Both the position numbers and the translations under genes were made by a program. A stretch of 64,000 nt of DNA from Lingula anatina (Eukaryota; Animalia; Brachiopoda): positions 52,058,788-52,122,787 of the forward strand of contig CM120640.1 in the NCBI GenBank assembly GCA_051362555.1. The letters are read 5' to 3'. Positions 28,831 through 41,403 of this stretch are shown here, in pieces (the stretch's first letter is position 1; each line of letters starts with the position of its first letter). The notes under the pieces are model-generated. The model was not told where the DNA came from, made no database searches, and was given only the letters and a program-made list of their open reading frames with translations.

Positions 28831-31800
28831 GTGTGGCTTTTCTTTACGAAAGGCTCCCCGTGGCTATCTTATTACAAAAGATGTATATGAAAACTCTGGA
28901 TCACAGGATTTCAATTTAAGTCAATATTGGAGCACTGTTTTCATTAGCAGAGTGAAAGACAAAAATATTGATAAGCAGAGAGGTCTGACTGCCAATTTCA
29001 TCTCCTATCAATCAACTGTGGAAGTTGTCCCAGCAAAGTCGGAGCACAGTATATAGCTACATCAGAATTGAAAAGCCAACGAGTTTCTACGTCATCAGAA
29101 TAGATTTGATTTTGTTCAATAAAGACAACATTTGTTCGTAGCTTAACAAAAGCCAACCATACATGCCTTTAGAAGTCCTGCTATTGTCCTGTGTAAGCAA
29201 AGGTCGATAAAACAAACACTATCTGAGTGTGTAGTTAGCCCATTTGCAGATTCAGCCAAGATAAACTTTGGACATAACGCATTGAAGCAGGGAGAAAGGT
29301 AAGGCATGCTTGATTTGACCCTTTCTGTGGAAAGACGATTTTGGGGCAAGTTTTCCAGTTAAGTAACACACCATGAGATTATAGATGCAGTCTCTAACTT
29401 CTCACATTTCTAGCTTCAGTCTCCTTAACTAGTTTTCAATAGAGATATCTTGAGATGAGAAGGGATTGGTTTTTTGTGTCCCAGATCAGTTGTAGGATTT
29501 TGAACTGGATACTCTATACTTCCTTTCCTCAGGCCCATAGGGATTTCTTTCTTGTGTAGTAGGCAGCTCTTCAACCCTTCATGGTGAAGTCTATTGGATT
29601 AGCTGCTCCAGTGATTTAAATTTACTTGTTTGTTCAAGTATGTAGAGCAAGTTGTTCAGTTCCCAGACATACGAAAATGTGATGTGTCTCATTATCAGGT
29701 ACTCCATCTTGGCCGATCTTCTAGGTCAATGATGTTGTCTTGGGCAGCAGTCCATTTCTGATGTTATCGTTACTGTAATTAAGACTTCGTTTTTTTACTT
29801 TTGAAGAATTCTGCTTGTCTCCTTTCATTAGCACAGGGAACTGGATTGAAATTATTTCAGTCTTTTTGGTGGTTTGTGGTATTTTGTTGATAATATGTCA
29901 AGAAATTCTACACACATACAGCATCATGGTTGTAAAGAGATCTGGAGTGTGATTGTAATGAAAACTGTTGGGAGGGATCCAAACATGTCTACAGATTTAG
30001 AAATAAATTGGATTGAACATAATGTAGTGTCAATTGAATAAGAATGTAGAAATAAACCATTCCTCTTTTCCAATACACACTTATGTAGATATGCTTAGAT
30101 TGATCTATCCAGTTGCTGTGTCATGTGGGTGTCATGCATATATATTTGATAACATCAGTATTCTCCCCTCGGTAGTTCAGTATATTCCATAGTGAGAGAT
30201 ACCTTCAGAGAATATTAGGTAAGTTTTAGTTTTTAATCTTTCCAGATAATCTTCACAGACTGTACAACCACTTTATTATAGGGTAATCTTAAGTTAAGGA
30301 ACTGCTGAGAGCAATCTCTACAATAATGAGACTGCTTTGGGCTGAGTTGGGGAGATGTATTACTTTCTTACATGTGATATCTGTTTTCATTTTACATTTA
30401 TAAAGCACATCTAATGAAAAGTATATTTCTTTGTCCAGCCACATTATGGTCCTTGATTCAGCTTTTTTAATCAAATAAGAAGAAAGATGTAAAACAGCAT
30501 GCAAAACAGACATTTGTATAGGAAAGCAATATTGTTCAATTGGATGATTGTTTGACATTCATTCTATTACCACAGTCTGCAGTCAGTCCACGATGAAACT
30601 AAATCATTTCCTGATTCAGAATTGATAAAAACCACATCTATCTATTAATGCAAGTCTGCTCAAATTATGCTCACCATTGTAAATTAATATAATTTAACAT
30701 GAAAAGCTATTAGCAGCAGTTTCCTCTATCAGCTACAAAAGTAATTCTACAGTTGTAGTTTGCCTTTTTTAGTTGGGCCAGGTTTGTGCAAAAGAGTAAA
30801 ACATCCATTATTGTTGTCGGGTCATTAGTGAGCTGCATGCCTGTCTGTCCCAAGTAGCGTATAGGAGTAGGGTGAGGCTGTGCTGAGGATAATCAGATAT
30901 GTCGCGTGGGAAGTGATATGGTATCCATCTTGGAAATAAGGGAAATAAAACAAAACTGAGAGTGGTCAGGATCTGAGGTAAGGAGAACAGCAGGAGAGGT
31001 CCCAGAGGTTATAGAAATCTGTAATCCTCATAGTTATGTGTTGTTAGTAAGCCAGCATTTGTGATTTATAGATGTCTGGTAAAGGCCATGGGATGGTGTG
31101 ACAAAATTACCCTGCATTTCTGGTTTGTTTCTTTGAATACGAAATTTGGTTGATTTCTAGACAATTTAAGGGACCGACTAAGGATCTGTAAAATGTTATA
31201 TGTGCTGTTTTGAACTTGGACTTTATCTGGCATGAAATGTTTAGTACTACATATTATAAGCCAGATATAGTTAATCAGAAGAGGTACAAAAGCCAAAGTT
31301 CTGCAAATAATTGATCCGGACAGGACAAACATGTAACAGTGTAAATGAGAATGGCAGAGCACCTATAGTCATCCAGGAGGTACTTCTACATTACAAGTAT
31401 TATGCTTATTGATTAATCAATTTCCAAGCAGCCTTTAGATTACGTTATTCCTTTTAATTTTTAACTGTTCAATTTTTGTGTCTGATAAGGGATTTACTGT
31501 TTTCTATGGTATCTGTTACTAAAACTATCAACAGAGCTTTGTAACTACCACCAGCTTCACTTAGCAGCTCGGGACACATCATATCCACCATTTGTGTTTG
31601 CTACTGGTGAGCAAGATGGCTGCCATTAGAGGAGAGTAGAGCGCTTAGGACAAGGGGGCAAGCTAGGTGGAGGTAACAGTTTTCAGTTGACGCTTGTACA
31701 TTAAATTATGATTTTACACGCCATGGTCCAATATATTGGTAGGCAAATATCACCTAAGGGTAGCTCTCATTGCCAAGTGGAAGAGCCAGGTCTGTGTTCA

Positions 31801-33458
31801 TGACTGTCTGATAGGAGTGACCTTGTTATGGCTCAGTGCAGCTGCTAGCCCAGGTAGTCGTGGGATGGTGATTTATATGATTTACATGAAGGGTTTTCTG
31901 TAGGCTCAGTAGAGCTGCCTGTACAATGGAGCATAGTTGGTTAGGGTAAATGTAAACTTCTGTTATGTGTTACAAAGAGCCCATTTTTAGTAAGGCTATA
32001 AACCAGACTTCAACGAGATTTGACAGAAATTGACTTAATAAAAGAGAACCATTTTTAGGCTGTACTGTATGTAAAAGTATAGCAATGCTTAGTTTATTTT
32101 CCCACCATGCTTCCCTTTTAGTTCCCCTTTCTAAGACTGACCTTGGCCTACATATTGAAGAACAGGGTGAAGATTTTCATGTGCAATTGTAATTAGTTGA
32201 AAACATAGCTTTCCATAGACCCAACATCAAACCTTAGCCTCAAATCAGATCAGAGATAGTAACTATAAGCTATGATAAATGGAAAATGCATTCAAATCTA
32301 CTTGGTTAATGACTTTATAATGCCTTCCATTATTGTTTGATAGAACCCTGATAAAGAGGGCCACCTCTCTGTTCACACAAGTGGACAGTGAACATAGACT
32401 TCCGCCCGACTTCTGCATAACCAGTTCTATAAGATGTCTGTCTGTCTGAGAAATTATTTCTTCTCCTTTTTATTTTCTTATGCATGTGTTTCTGTGAAAT
32501 ATCAATCATGCTGATTGCATGCACAATACCATTGCTGTGTCACTGAAGAACTACAAGGGTATGTAAAGGATGACTTTCTGTGTGAATCCTTTCTTTTTTG
32601 TACTGCTAGTGCAATATTTGTGTGTCAAAGAAAGCATGGAAGGAAGTTCATTTAACTATGGGGGTCAGTCTAGATCATTTGAATACATGGAAGTAATCTG
32701 TATATGAGGTAAACGTTAAAATATTTTGAACAGAGTCACCAGGTCTTCCTAACCATTTTCCATGGGCTGATGAGGGTGTTTTCTGAAAGTATTGTGTACA
32801 GAGAAGCTGATGGCGGTAATCACCTGCCTGCATAGGCGGCTGATGACCCTGGAGGAGCAAGCTTATTTGGATATGTAACAGGAGCAGGGGGGCATCAGTT
32901 GACAACCCATTTGTTCGAGCAGAGTCTTTTTTCCCTTACGGCAGAGGCTTGTAAGTGGTTTGATGGCCAGCTTATTCAAGGTGCCTTGCTGCACATGCCT
33001 CTGACAACTTCAAACCTCTGACAGAGAGACAAAAATGGGGATTTATTACATAGACCAGCTTTTGAGCAAAATAGTGACATTGATTGCAAGTTCTGGCTGA
33101 GCTTAGGGAATTCACTATATGAATTCCAGTTCTGTAAAAGAGACACATGTTAAGACTATGGTTATCTTCTAAGCTGTACTAATTGTGCATGGCTCATGAA
33201 TATATAATTATTAGCATGAACATTATAGTCATTAATAATTTATCATTTTATCTGCCTTTGACTTTGTCATTAAATTTTAGATATGCCCTGCTGTATGCGA
33301 AGGACAAGTTTCCCTCTGCGACTTTGCAATACTGGTAGATTGATTGGTAAGACAATTGTAGTGCACATGTATTAAATTATTTATTCAAGCAGAAAATTAA
33401 CCAAGACACTGTTTTGTTTCTTTTAGCTCTAGGAAGCTTGTGGCACCACCTCTGGAGA

Positions 33459-33623
33459 ATGGAGGAGGAAGCTGCGGCCTCCATGCCCATGCGGGGGCGG
33501 GCTAAAGTCAAAGAAGACAAATACTGTGGGGTGTGCGGGGACAGAGCCCTTGGATACAACTTCGATGCTATATCTTGTGAATCTTGCAAAGCCTTCTTTA
33601 GGAGAAATGCCCCAAAAGGATTG
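33459..33623 (+). CDS. Hr96: HR96/NR1J coding exon 1 (short A/B region and zinc finger 1)
   Basis: Acceptor TTTTAG 33426 or CTCTAG 33432; ATG 33459; ends ...APKGL|GTAAGT. The frame is open back to the acceptor, so an upstream coding exon is not excluded. Confidence 0.9.
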
Positions 33624-36600
33624 GTAAGTGTCATGGGAAGTGGATTGAAGGAAATCACATTGAGGATGTTTTGTATGTCTTTTTCAAAAGCCATGAAATC
33701 CATCTTTTTGCCAAGAAGGCATCTGGAAAAAAAATGACAGATTATTGAGTAGCACAGTAACCAGTATTTTAATGCATCACTGTGGCCACACTCACATTTT
33801 TGTGTTGTCCTGTGATATGCGCCACTGATTTCATAGCATATTTACTTTCATAGCAGTTGTACATTAGTAATAGTGCATACCACAATTATTTTGAGTTATT
33901 CAATCCAAAGTCATTCATATTCATTTGTGAACAAGGGTCCAAGATTTGTTATAGTAGATGACAATATGAGTCTAAACATCTGGTCAGTAATGTGAACATC
34001 AAAATATGTCCTTCAGTTATAGAGTATTAACGTTTCACATCATTGATGAATATGCAAACATCATGTTTTGCTTTCCACCAGCAATATTGACAGCAGTATA
34101 TGAAAAATATTCCTCCCACCTCCATATTACTGTTAATACAGATAAAACATCATGGTAGAACAGCTTACCTTTCAGTATTTAAATTTCATATTGTTGGTAT
34201 TACATTTTCCCATCTTTAATGATTGTACAATATTTGTAATTTTCTGCCAGGCAGTATTTATTATTGGTGCTACACAGAAGTGATCCCTATTTCCAGCATA
34301 TTGTTTTGCTTCATTAAACCAAGAAAAAAAATCATTACGGAAATTTATAAATTATTGAACAATTTTGTACTGATCATACCCACATTGTGGGCTGCATGGT
34401 TTATTTAATACACCAGGTTCATTCATTTTCTACTTACTCTACATATGTACACTTATAAGCGTACCAAGTTCAATGGGATTTAGGTTGCTGAGTGTGCCAA
34501 GCCACTATCTCCACAGAGGGTCATACACCTGTCATAAGAGACACCTTAATGTGTGCATACAAACTGGTAATTATCAATAGCTGCATAATGCTTTAAGCCT
34601 TGTTTCACAGCTGGCACAGGCCATAAGATGAAGGCCTGTAATGCACGGAGAAAACTAAAGTGTCCTTGTAGCAAGATTAGAGAATTATGAAGGAATAGTA
34701 TTGATTGGATAGAACAACATAAGAGTATTAATTATACACAATTGGTGTTTAATAATTCACAGGATTGTGTTGTAATTATTTGTCCCACCGACGTCTCTGC
34801 AGTACACAATGATACTGGTATGTTGGAGAGAGACAAAAAAAGAAATATTGTACCTTGGGGAATAGACCCTGAAAGGCAAAAAGAGTCGTGTTAAGGTCAG
34901 CTGATCTGCTAAGAAGAGCTGTCCTCAGGAGCAAGTTGTTGAGTTAATATTAAAAGTACTTTTAGTTTCTGAGCTAAGGAGTAGGGCAAGCTCTGTTTTA
35001 TTTTTATTGCAATTTCATTGTAAGACAGTATTTGGTTATGTCTTAATTTATTTATCTTGAATTCAATTTTTTTTTTAATGATAAAAATGTTCTTCTCTGT
35101 CTATAATCTGTTATAACAAATTTAATGTATGTGAAATATTTTTGATATTTTTTTCATTTTAAAAGAAACAGTATGGTTTGGGCATTGGGCATCAGTTGAT
35201 GAGTTTTACATTCACAAATTTGTTATGTAAATATTGGGTGTTGTCTTTTTTAAACAAAGGAGAATAGAAAAAAGACAAGGGTGAATTGGTTTCACATGTC
35301 AGGCCAGATGTGAATTGTTGAGAATGCATGTCATATTGCCATGGCAACATGCAATTCATTATTCATTTTCGTAATGAGATTTAAAATTCTATGTGTTGGT
35401 GTTATATGCCTGGATGACACTTCATTGGGTGGAATGGATCTAAGCTGGTTACAATATTATATTGGCTCTCAACAACTCGAGTGTTGGTATATAAATAACC
35501 TTCTAAATATCCATCCATTATACCAAAGAGGTACCTTCTGGTCATGGGTGTTAACAATTGTTTTTGCTTTCCTTAAGTAATCAGGTTCAATTCTAAGCAG
35601 TGTTTTTTATCTTTATGTTGTTTTATTTATCATTTCTGATATTAAGATCAGCTTGAAATACAAAAAAAAAAAAAAAAAACAAAAAAAACAGAGACATTAA
35701 AGCAACTATGAATTTTGTAACAATTTTGGGTTAGTAATTAATTTTGATTTAGATAAAAAGACAGTTATTAGAAATTAGATTAAATTAAATAGTATTTTAG
35801 AATTTTGCCTGTCAGTTATAGTGGATAAATAAATAATTAAATGAATAAGTAAGTAACTAAATAAATTAAAACTTTTTTCTGCATCTAATTCAAGTGCATT
35901 ATGTCTGTTAGAAGTATATACATATAATATGGACTACTTTCAGTATCATGTGAAAAATAAAAATAAAATCATAGTATAAGATTACCCCAAGTTATTAAAA
36001 GATGTGTACTTTCTATTTGGGCATCTGGTCCACATAGTGATGTTAACTGTCAGTACTTCCTGCGATAATCTTTCTTAATTATCTCTAGTCTCACAAATAA
36101 GAAGTTCTTTAAGGTCTCTCCTTTACCCTCTGTCTCTGTACATGTTTTCTCTGCATGTGCATTACATGTCGACAGTGGCTGAGCCTTTTGAAGGGTCTCC
36201 CCTGACATGGCATATGTGAGCTCATCCGGTCAAAATGCTTACTCTTATCCCCACTCTACCTGGATCCAATCACTGACTAGGGTTCACTCGGTGCATTTTC
36301 TGGGGTCATTCGGTGCAGCAAAATATTTCCTAAAAGGAATGTAGTAAGAAAATGATTTCCATTGTTTGGGTATTGAAGTAACCTGACATGTGTGAAAACA
36401 GTAATTTTAACCAACGAGTGATATTTTCCCAATACACAAAAGCAAACTTGAGATACTTGTGAATTAAGGCACTAGGGGCATTATCAATTATAATGTGTTA
36501 ATTCAGATGGTTTCTCAAAACAGAAATTGAGTTTTGACAGCAATAATAGGGCCCAGTCACCCAGCACTAACCTTGAATATAAATAGAAAGCCTGGGGTCA

Positions 36601-38253
36601 GTCAATACCTATGTTTGGAGTGTGGCTCAGTGACTTTTTGTAATAATAACATATGCCATTAGTATCAGTTAAATTAATTAAGACCACAGAAATAAAAGTA
36701 ACATGATTATTGGCCATTTATGTCTGTCGTGCTTTATACACACTTGAATGTTTTCTTTGGAGAATATGGATGGTCTTATTATGTTTTTCAATACAAGTAT
36801 AACAATTCTTAAATTCTTTTTTAGATAAATGCTGCATGCATAAGATAAATTGCAATTGTCAAATGTGAAAACATGGAGTTATTACATTGCAACCATTTTG
36901 TTATAAAATTCAGTGTTGCCATACCATAACACAGTATTTAAAATGAATTGTTTTCCTTAATTCAGCAAGGTAATATCACATTTTGTCTGTTTTAGGAGTA
37001 CTTCAAATGCCCGTATGATGAGAAGTGCAAGATGGATGTTTCAAATCGGCGGTTTTGCAAGCGCTGCAGGTTAAAGAAATGCTTTGAAATTGGCATGCGG
37101 AAAGAATATATCCTTACTGAAGAGGAGAGAGTCAGGAAAAGACAGAAAATTGAGGAAAATCGTTATGTGTAAGTTTATTAGTCATGCCTTGCCTAAAAAG
37201 TTAACCTGAGTAAACTGTCATACTAACAAGTGCAGTAAATTCAAGATGTTTGACTTCTGACATTTTCTGTCAAGAATGACGTTGTTCAATAAACTATTCA
37301 AAAATTGAAGTTTGTGACCTTTGTCAGTTAAGTCAGCTATGTTTTTCATACTGGTGAAATTGCATCACATAATTGGCCATGGGAAAGCATTCAAGAATAT
37401 TCATGAACATACAAGTTTATGCTCTGTTAGCAGGTGACATTTTATAATTGTTTTGATTTTTTTTAGGCGAGTACGAGAATTAGAGAAGCAAGGGATCACT
37501 ATCAAAACTGAAAATGGTGTGGTGTCCAGTTCCATGTCCCCTTCTCGCCGTCTCACTGATGAGGAACACCACATGATAGAAGAAATCAGGAAAGCTTATA
37601 GGAGCTCGTTAGAAATCACAGTGGAACCCATGAGGCCGCGGAGTAAAGAAGAGACCAATGTCAATGATTTGGTCAACATTGCTGAAATAAGTGTTCGCAG
37701 AGTCATAGACATGGCCAAAAAGATCAAGACTTTTAAAGTTCTCCCACAGACCACGCAAATCAGTCTACTGAAAGGCGGCGCCATAGAACTTCTCATCCTA
37801 CGTTCTGTGCTGACCTTCGATAAAGAAAAGCAGCAGTTTTTGGATCCAACAGACGACCCTGACACTAACAGTATGTCAGTGGATGAACTCAAACAAGGAG
37901 AGGGGGCCCTCTTTGAGGAACACATGAGGTTTGTGAAGGGGCTAGTGGAACTTAGGGCAGATGAAACCATGCTAATTCTCATGCTTTGTGTAGCTTTGTT
38001 CTCCCCAGATCGCCCTGCACTGGACAATAAAGGTATAGTGAGCGAGGAACAAGAAAAATATTCATTGCTTCTTCAGAAATATTTAGAATCAAAATTCCCT
38101 CTTCATTATGCCAAAGCAGTGTTTCCGAAACTGCTAATGAAGTTGGTAGACATTCGGAACTTGAATGAAGAACATTCACAAGTGCTTCTGAAGGTAAATC
38201 CAGAAGGCATACAACCACTGATGAAGGAAGTTTTAGATTTAAACAATACTTGA
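33459..38253 (+). CDS. Hr96: Nuclear receptor HR96/NR1J family (DAF-12/HR96/NHR-8 clade, relatives of VDR/PXR/CAR); spliced CDS join(33459..33623,36996..37168,37467..38253), 374 aa
   Basis: C4 zinc fingers CGVCGDRALGYNFDAISCESCKAFFRR and CPYDEKCKMDVSNRRFCKRCRLKKC with the NR1J P-box ESCKA; LBD signature FKVLPQTTQISLLKGG, LFSPDRP and AF-2 PLMKEVL; intron phases (0, 2) join into one open frame. Confidence 0.92.
36281..36317 (+). promoter_or_regulatory. Tandem pair of DR3 elements GGTTCA-ctc-GGTGCA and GGGTCA-ttc-GGTGCA next to a CCAAT box
   Basis: 36281-36295 and 36303-36317; CCAATCA at 36266; lies in the intron between the two zinc-finger exons. Confidence 0.55.
36996..37168 (+). CDS. Hr96: HR96/NR1J coding exon 2 (zinc finger 2 and C-terminal extension)
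   Basis: TTTTAG|GAG; translates EYFKCPYDEKCKMDVSNRRFCKRCRLKKCFEIGMRKEYILTEEERVRKRQKIEENRY; donor GT|GTAAGT, phase 2. Confidence 0.92.
37467..38253 (+). CDS. Hr96: HR96/NR1J coding exon 3 (hinge and entire ligand-binding domain)
   Basis: TTTTAG|G CGA; part of the 266-aa ORF 37453..38253; stop TGA 38251-38253. Confidence 0.93.
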
Positions 38254-39213
38254 GTACTACGTAGTACAAGGAAACAAAATAAACCTCAGCCAACCAGAGG
38301 CACCATGTTAGACTGTTGCCTTGTGTACATACCTATACATGCACTGGACTTCACAAGGACTTAGTGGACTGTGAATGAAGTGACACTGAGAGTGAAATGT
38401 GCATGTTGAGGAAATGTCAGGAAATAATTAACTCGACACACTTAAGCAACACCAGCTTCTATCATTGTTGGTTTATTTACCTACAACTGGGATGTCATGA
38501 CAAACTGCTTCTTTCACTTATCTTATTACTTATGAAAGTTCACAGAGGGGCTGACCCTGCCAGACCTTTGTGCCAATGTGTCTGTGTCTACACCAAATAC
38601 CAGTACCTACATGTGATATCCCCCTCTGTTACACAGTTAACCTGCCAAGGTAGATCTTTCTCAAGAGAGATCTGGAATACCTTACTGCTGAAAAAGTGGA
38701 AATTATCTGCTTAGTGGAACTAGCAGTAGCTGAATTTATGTTTGGATTGGTGTGCTTCATTTTTAAAAATTCTGAATACTATTATCCTGAAGGGAATTCT
38801 TTCATCGCAGGGGTTGAGATTAAATGATATCATTATTGGTATTTATTGTTATTATTTGTGCATTTCTGGCATTACACATTGGTGTACAAAGATAGGAGGG
38901 TTGAAATGTTCAGCAACTTGATGCATTCACTACCTCCAAGAATTTTCACCAACCACATGGTAGAATTCCCATTGCTCCTAAAGAGTATATACCAAGTGCA
39001 AGGGACCTGTCCTACCTTTAATTTGTCTCTGCTTCAATGCAGAGAAATGTAGTGCCTGCCTGAGAGAAAACAGCACTGCTATTGCTGTACTGCTGCTTAG
39101 CTTTTCTAATTTCACATATTTTAGTACAAGTAAAGCAACTTGTAAAATTGTTGTTGTAAAATTTTAACTGTTGCTTATTCTTTTAATCTTTGTTATGAGT
39201 AAGATAACAATAC

Positions 39214-39222
39214 TATATATAA

Positions 39223-39263
<41 letters not shown>

Positions 39264-39266
39264 TAT
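39214..39266. repeat. Compound microsatellite (TA)n(CA)n in the putative 3' UTR
   Basis: Seen directly. Confidence 0.9.
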
Positions 39267-40767
39267 AAATGATTTACTAAAATTAATAAAGTAACCGTTT
39301 GAACTTGATTTGAACATCAGGGACTTTGTTATGATAATGACAATGTTACCACTGTGTATCTGATGACAAACTCTTGTTATTTGAAGCATCTATTATTTAG
39401 TTGTTATGGCTATACAACCTGTTCTTGAAAAAACACTTTCCATCAAGTTGAGTGTTTTAGGTATTCTTGTCTGTCTTTCTTAAACTTGTATGTGTAGAAT
39501 ACTTAAGCTGTAGGGTAATCATAGCCAAGAATTCATCATATTTTTATAAGTTGAAACTTTTTACCCCTAGAGAAGAAAAGTTCTGTTAAACCATATATAA
39601 TATGGTAACATTTTTGTTTTTATTTGTATTGTGATGTAAACAATGTTGCCATTAATGGGAATACAGATATACAACTGCTGTAGAATGTCCAACCAAGCAT
39701 GTGCACCTAGCACTACAATATGTTAACAATGGAAGAACACGCATAATAACGGGTTTTAAGTGACATGCAAGTATGTATGCGAGCTTACTTCCAGTGGCTC
39801 CATTACCGTCTGATACTGCTGAATTTAAGGAGGTCCTACAACACAGGGACAATAACATAGTTAGGAGTTTGCATTTTACATAAATCAAAATGCTAGTCAT
39901 AGTAGATGTAGATATATATATATATACATACGTACGTATAAGAGTGAATAAGTAAGCTCTTTCTTTCTGTGGAAATATGGCCAGTCTCAGTGGAAAGTAG
40001 TGTTCTGCATGTACATGTTGCGTGTGAAAAATTGGCATCGACACTACATTTGGATTGACAATATTGTGTGTGTGTAGTGCAGCTACATTGCTGACCATTT
40101 TGCTCTGCCATGTTTGTTTCAGTTAACACAACTTAGGTGTGTCAGAAATAAAATCAAAATTTATTTTGTAATTAAAAGGTGCAAAGTGTGACATTAAGTT
40201 AAACCTTTAGGTGCTCATTATATCACTTGAATATAGTTGTACTCTGTAGACAGTTTGCTCTTGTTTTACATTTTTTTTTTATCCAATGTACTAAACATAT
40301 GTTGATGTGTTAATGAAATGCCAAGACACGCCTTTATGAACAGCTAGCCAGGCCATGCGACACAGAATTTTACTAATTGAGTTTTAGAGAAGAGGTGGTC
40401 ATGAAATTTAACTTGTTTTATTTCAAGCTTTTTAAAGAGCTTACTTGGTGGTGTTTGTACATTTTGGGTCATTTTATTTCTGTCTCCGGTGTTGTGCTGA
40501 TGCCAAAATATTCTAGAAATGCTTCATAGGTCATGTGGGTGAGAGTGGCACACTGGCAGCAGATTTATACATCATTTCATAATTTATCTTTTAAATGTTT
40601 TATTATTTCTTCATGCATGCAAACACAAGTTCTCAACTTCAATAGATTTCTATTACAAAAACTACTGGTACCTTTAAATGGCTAGTACTCACTTTGATTA
40701 GTCCAGCTGAATAGTGTACATATTTTTGCAATGAATGCTGATTCTGTATGCTTCGTACATCTATATG

Positions 40768-40773
40768 AATAAA
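40768..40773 (+). terminator. Candidate polyadenylation signal of the nuclear receptor transcript
   Basis: AATAAA followed 25-45 nt later by a GT/T-rich tract; near the point where strand skew reverses. Other AATAAA at about 38278, 39284 and 40147. Confidence 0.35.
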
Positions 40774-41388
40774 GTATGGATGTGATTTAGGAATTGATGT
40801 CTTGGGTTTTTATGTTGTCATGGAAAGATATAGTCTAATTTTAAAAGCATTCTTATGATGCTATATTTCATTGATTTTACCAAATATTCTTGGAAAATTT
40901 TCTGAACAAATATTGTGGAAGATTCTGTTAAGTCAACTATTTTAATATTTTCAAAACTGATACTCCTTCCAATATTGTTTTTTCAACATTTGATTGTAGA
41001 ATTGTTTAGCAAGCCAAAAGTAAACTCTGTCAATCTAATTTAAAATATTCTTAGATTCAAATGATTGATACCATAAAACAAATTTGAAACTGATTTGATG
41101 TAGCAAATGTGCAAGAAATGTTTTTTTATCTGTTACCATATGAAAATCTTATAGACATTTTACAAAATATTTAAGGTTCCCAAAACAATAATTAGCAAAG
41201 CCAATTTTGTTTGGAATCTCTGATCATGGATTGAGACACAATAAAATCAGTGCATCTTACCATTTTGCAGCTGTACTTTCATTACAAGGACATGTCCTGG
41301 TAACTGGGTTACTAAACCATTTCTGTTTCCTCCAAGAAATAAATGTTGCCAAAATCAGCATAATAGTAAGAAATCACAAATAAATAAG

Positions 41389-41403
41389 AGGTTACTCAGT
41401 GCA
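41389..41403 (+). promoter_or_regulatory. DR3-type element AGGTTA-ctc-AGTGCA downstream of the receptor gene
   Basis: One mismatch to the 25436 element. Confidence 0.45.

Noticed and set aside
32766-32792. CTGATGA...GAAA hammerhead-like string (also CTGAAGATG at about 44709)
   Set aside because: Stem II is very weak or GAAA is absent; no supporting repeat.
893-33300. Dozens of 60-110 aa ORFs in the long upstream region
   Set aside because: Composition typical of random AT-rich DNA; no domain motifs, no transposase or reverse-transcriptase signatures, no consistent splice phases.
37596-38293. - strand ORFs of 143 and 104 aa (also 33377-33703)
   Set aside because: Antisense shadows of the nuclear receptor exons.
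39652-40129. 148-aa and 78-aa - strand ORFs
   Set aside because: Run through TA/TG simple sequence, no recognisable motif; lie in the receptor's probable 3' UTR.
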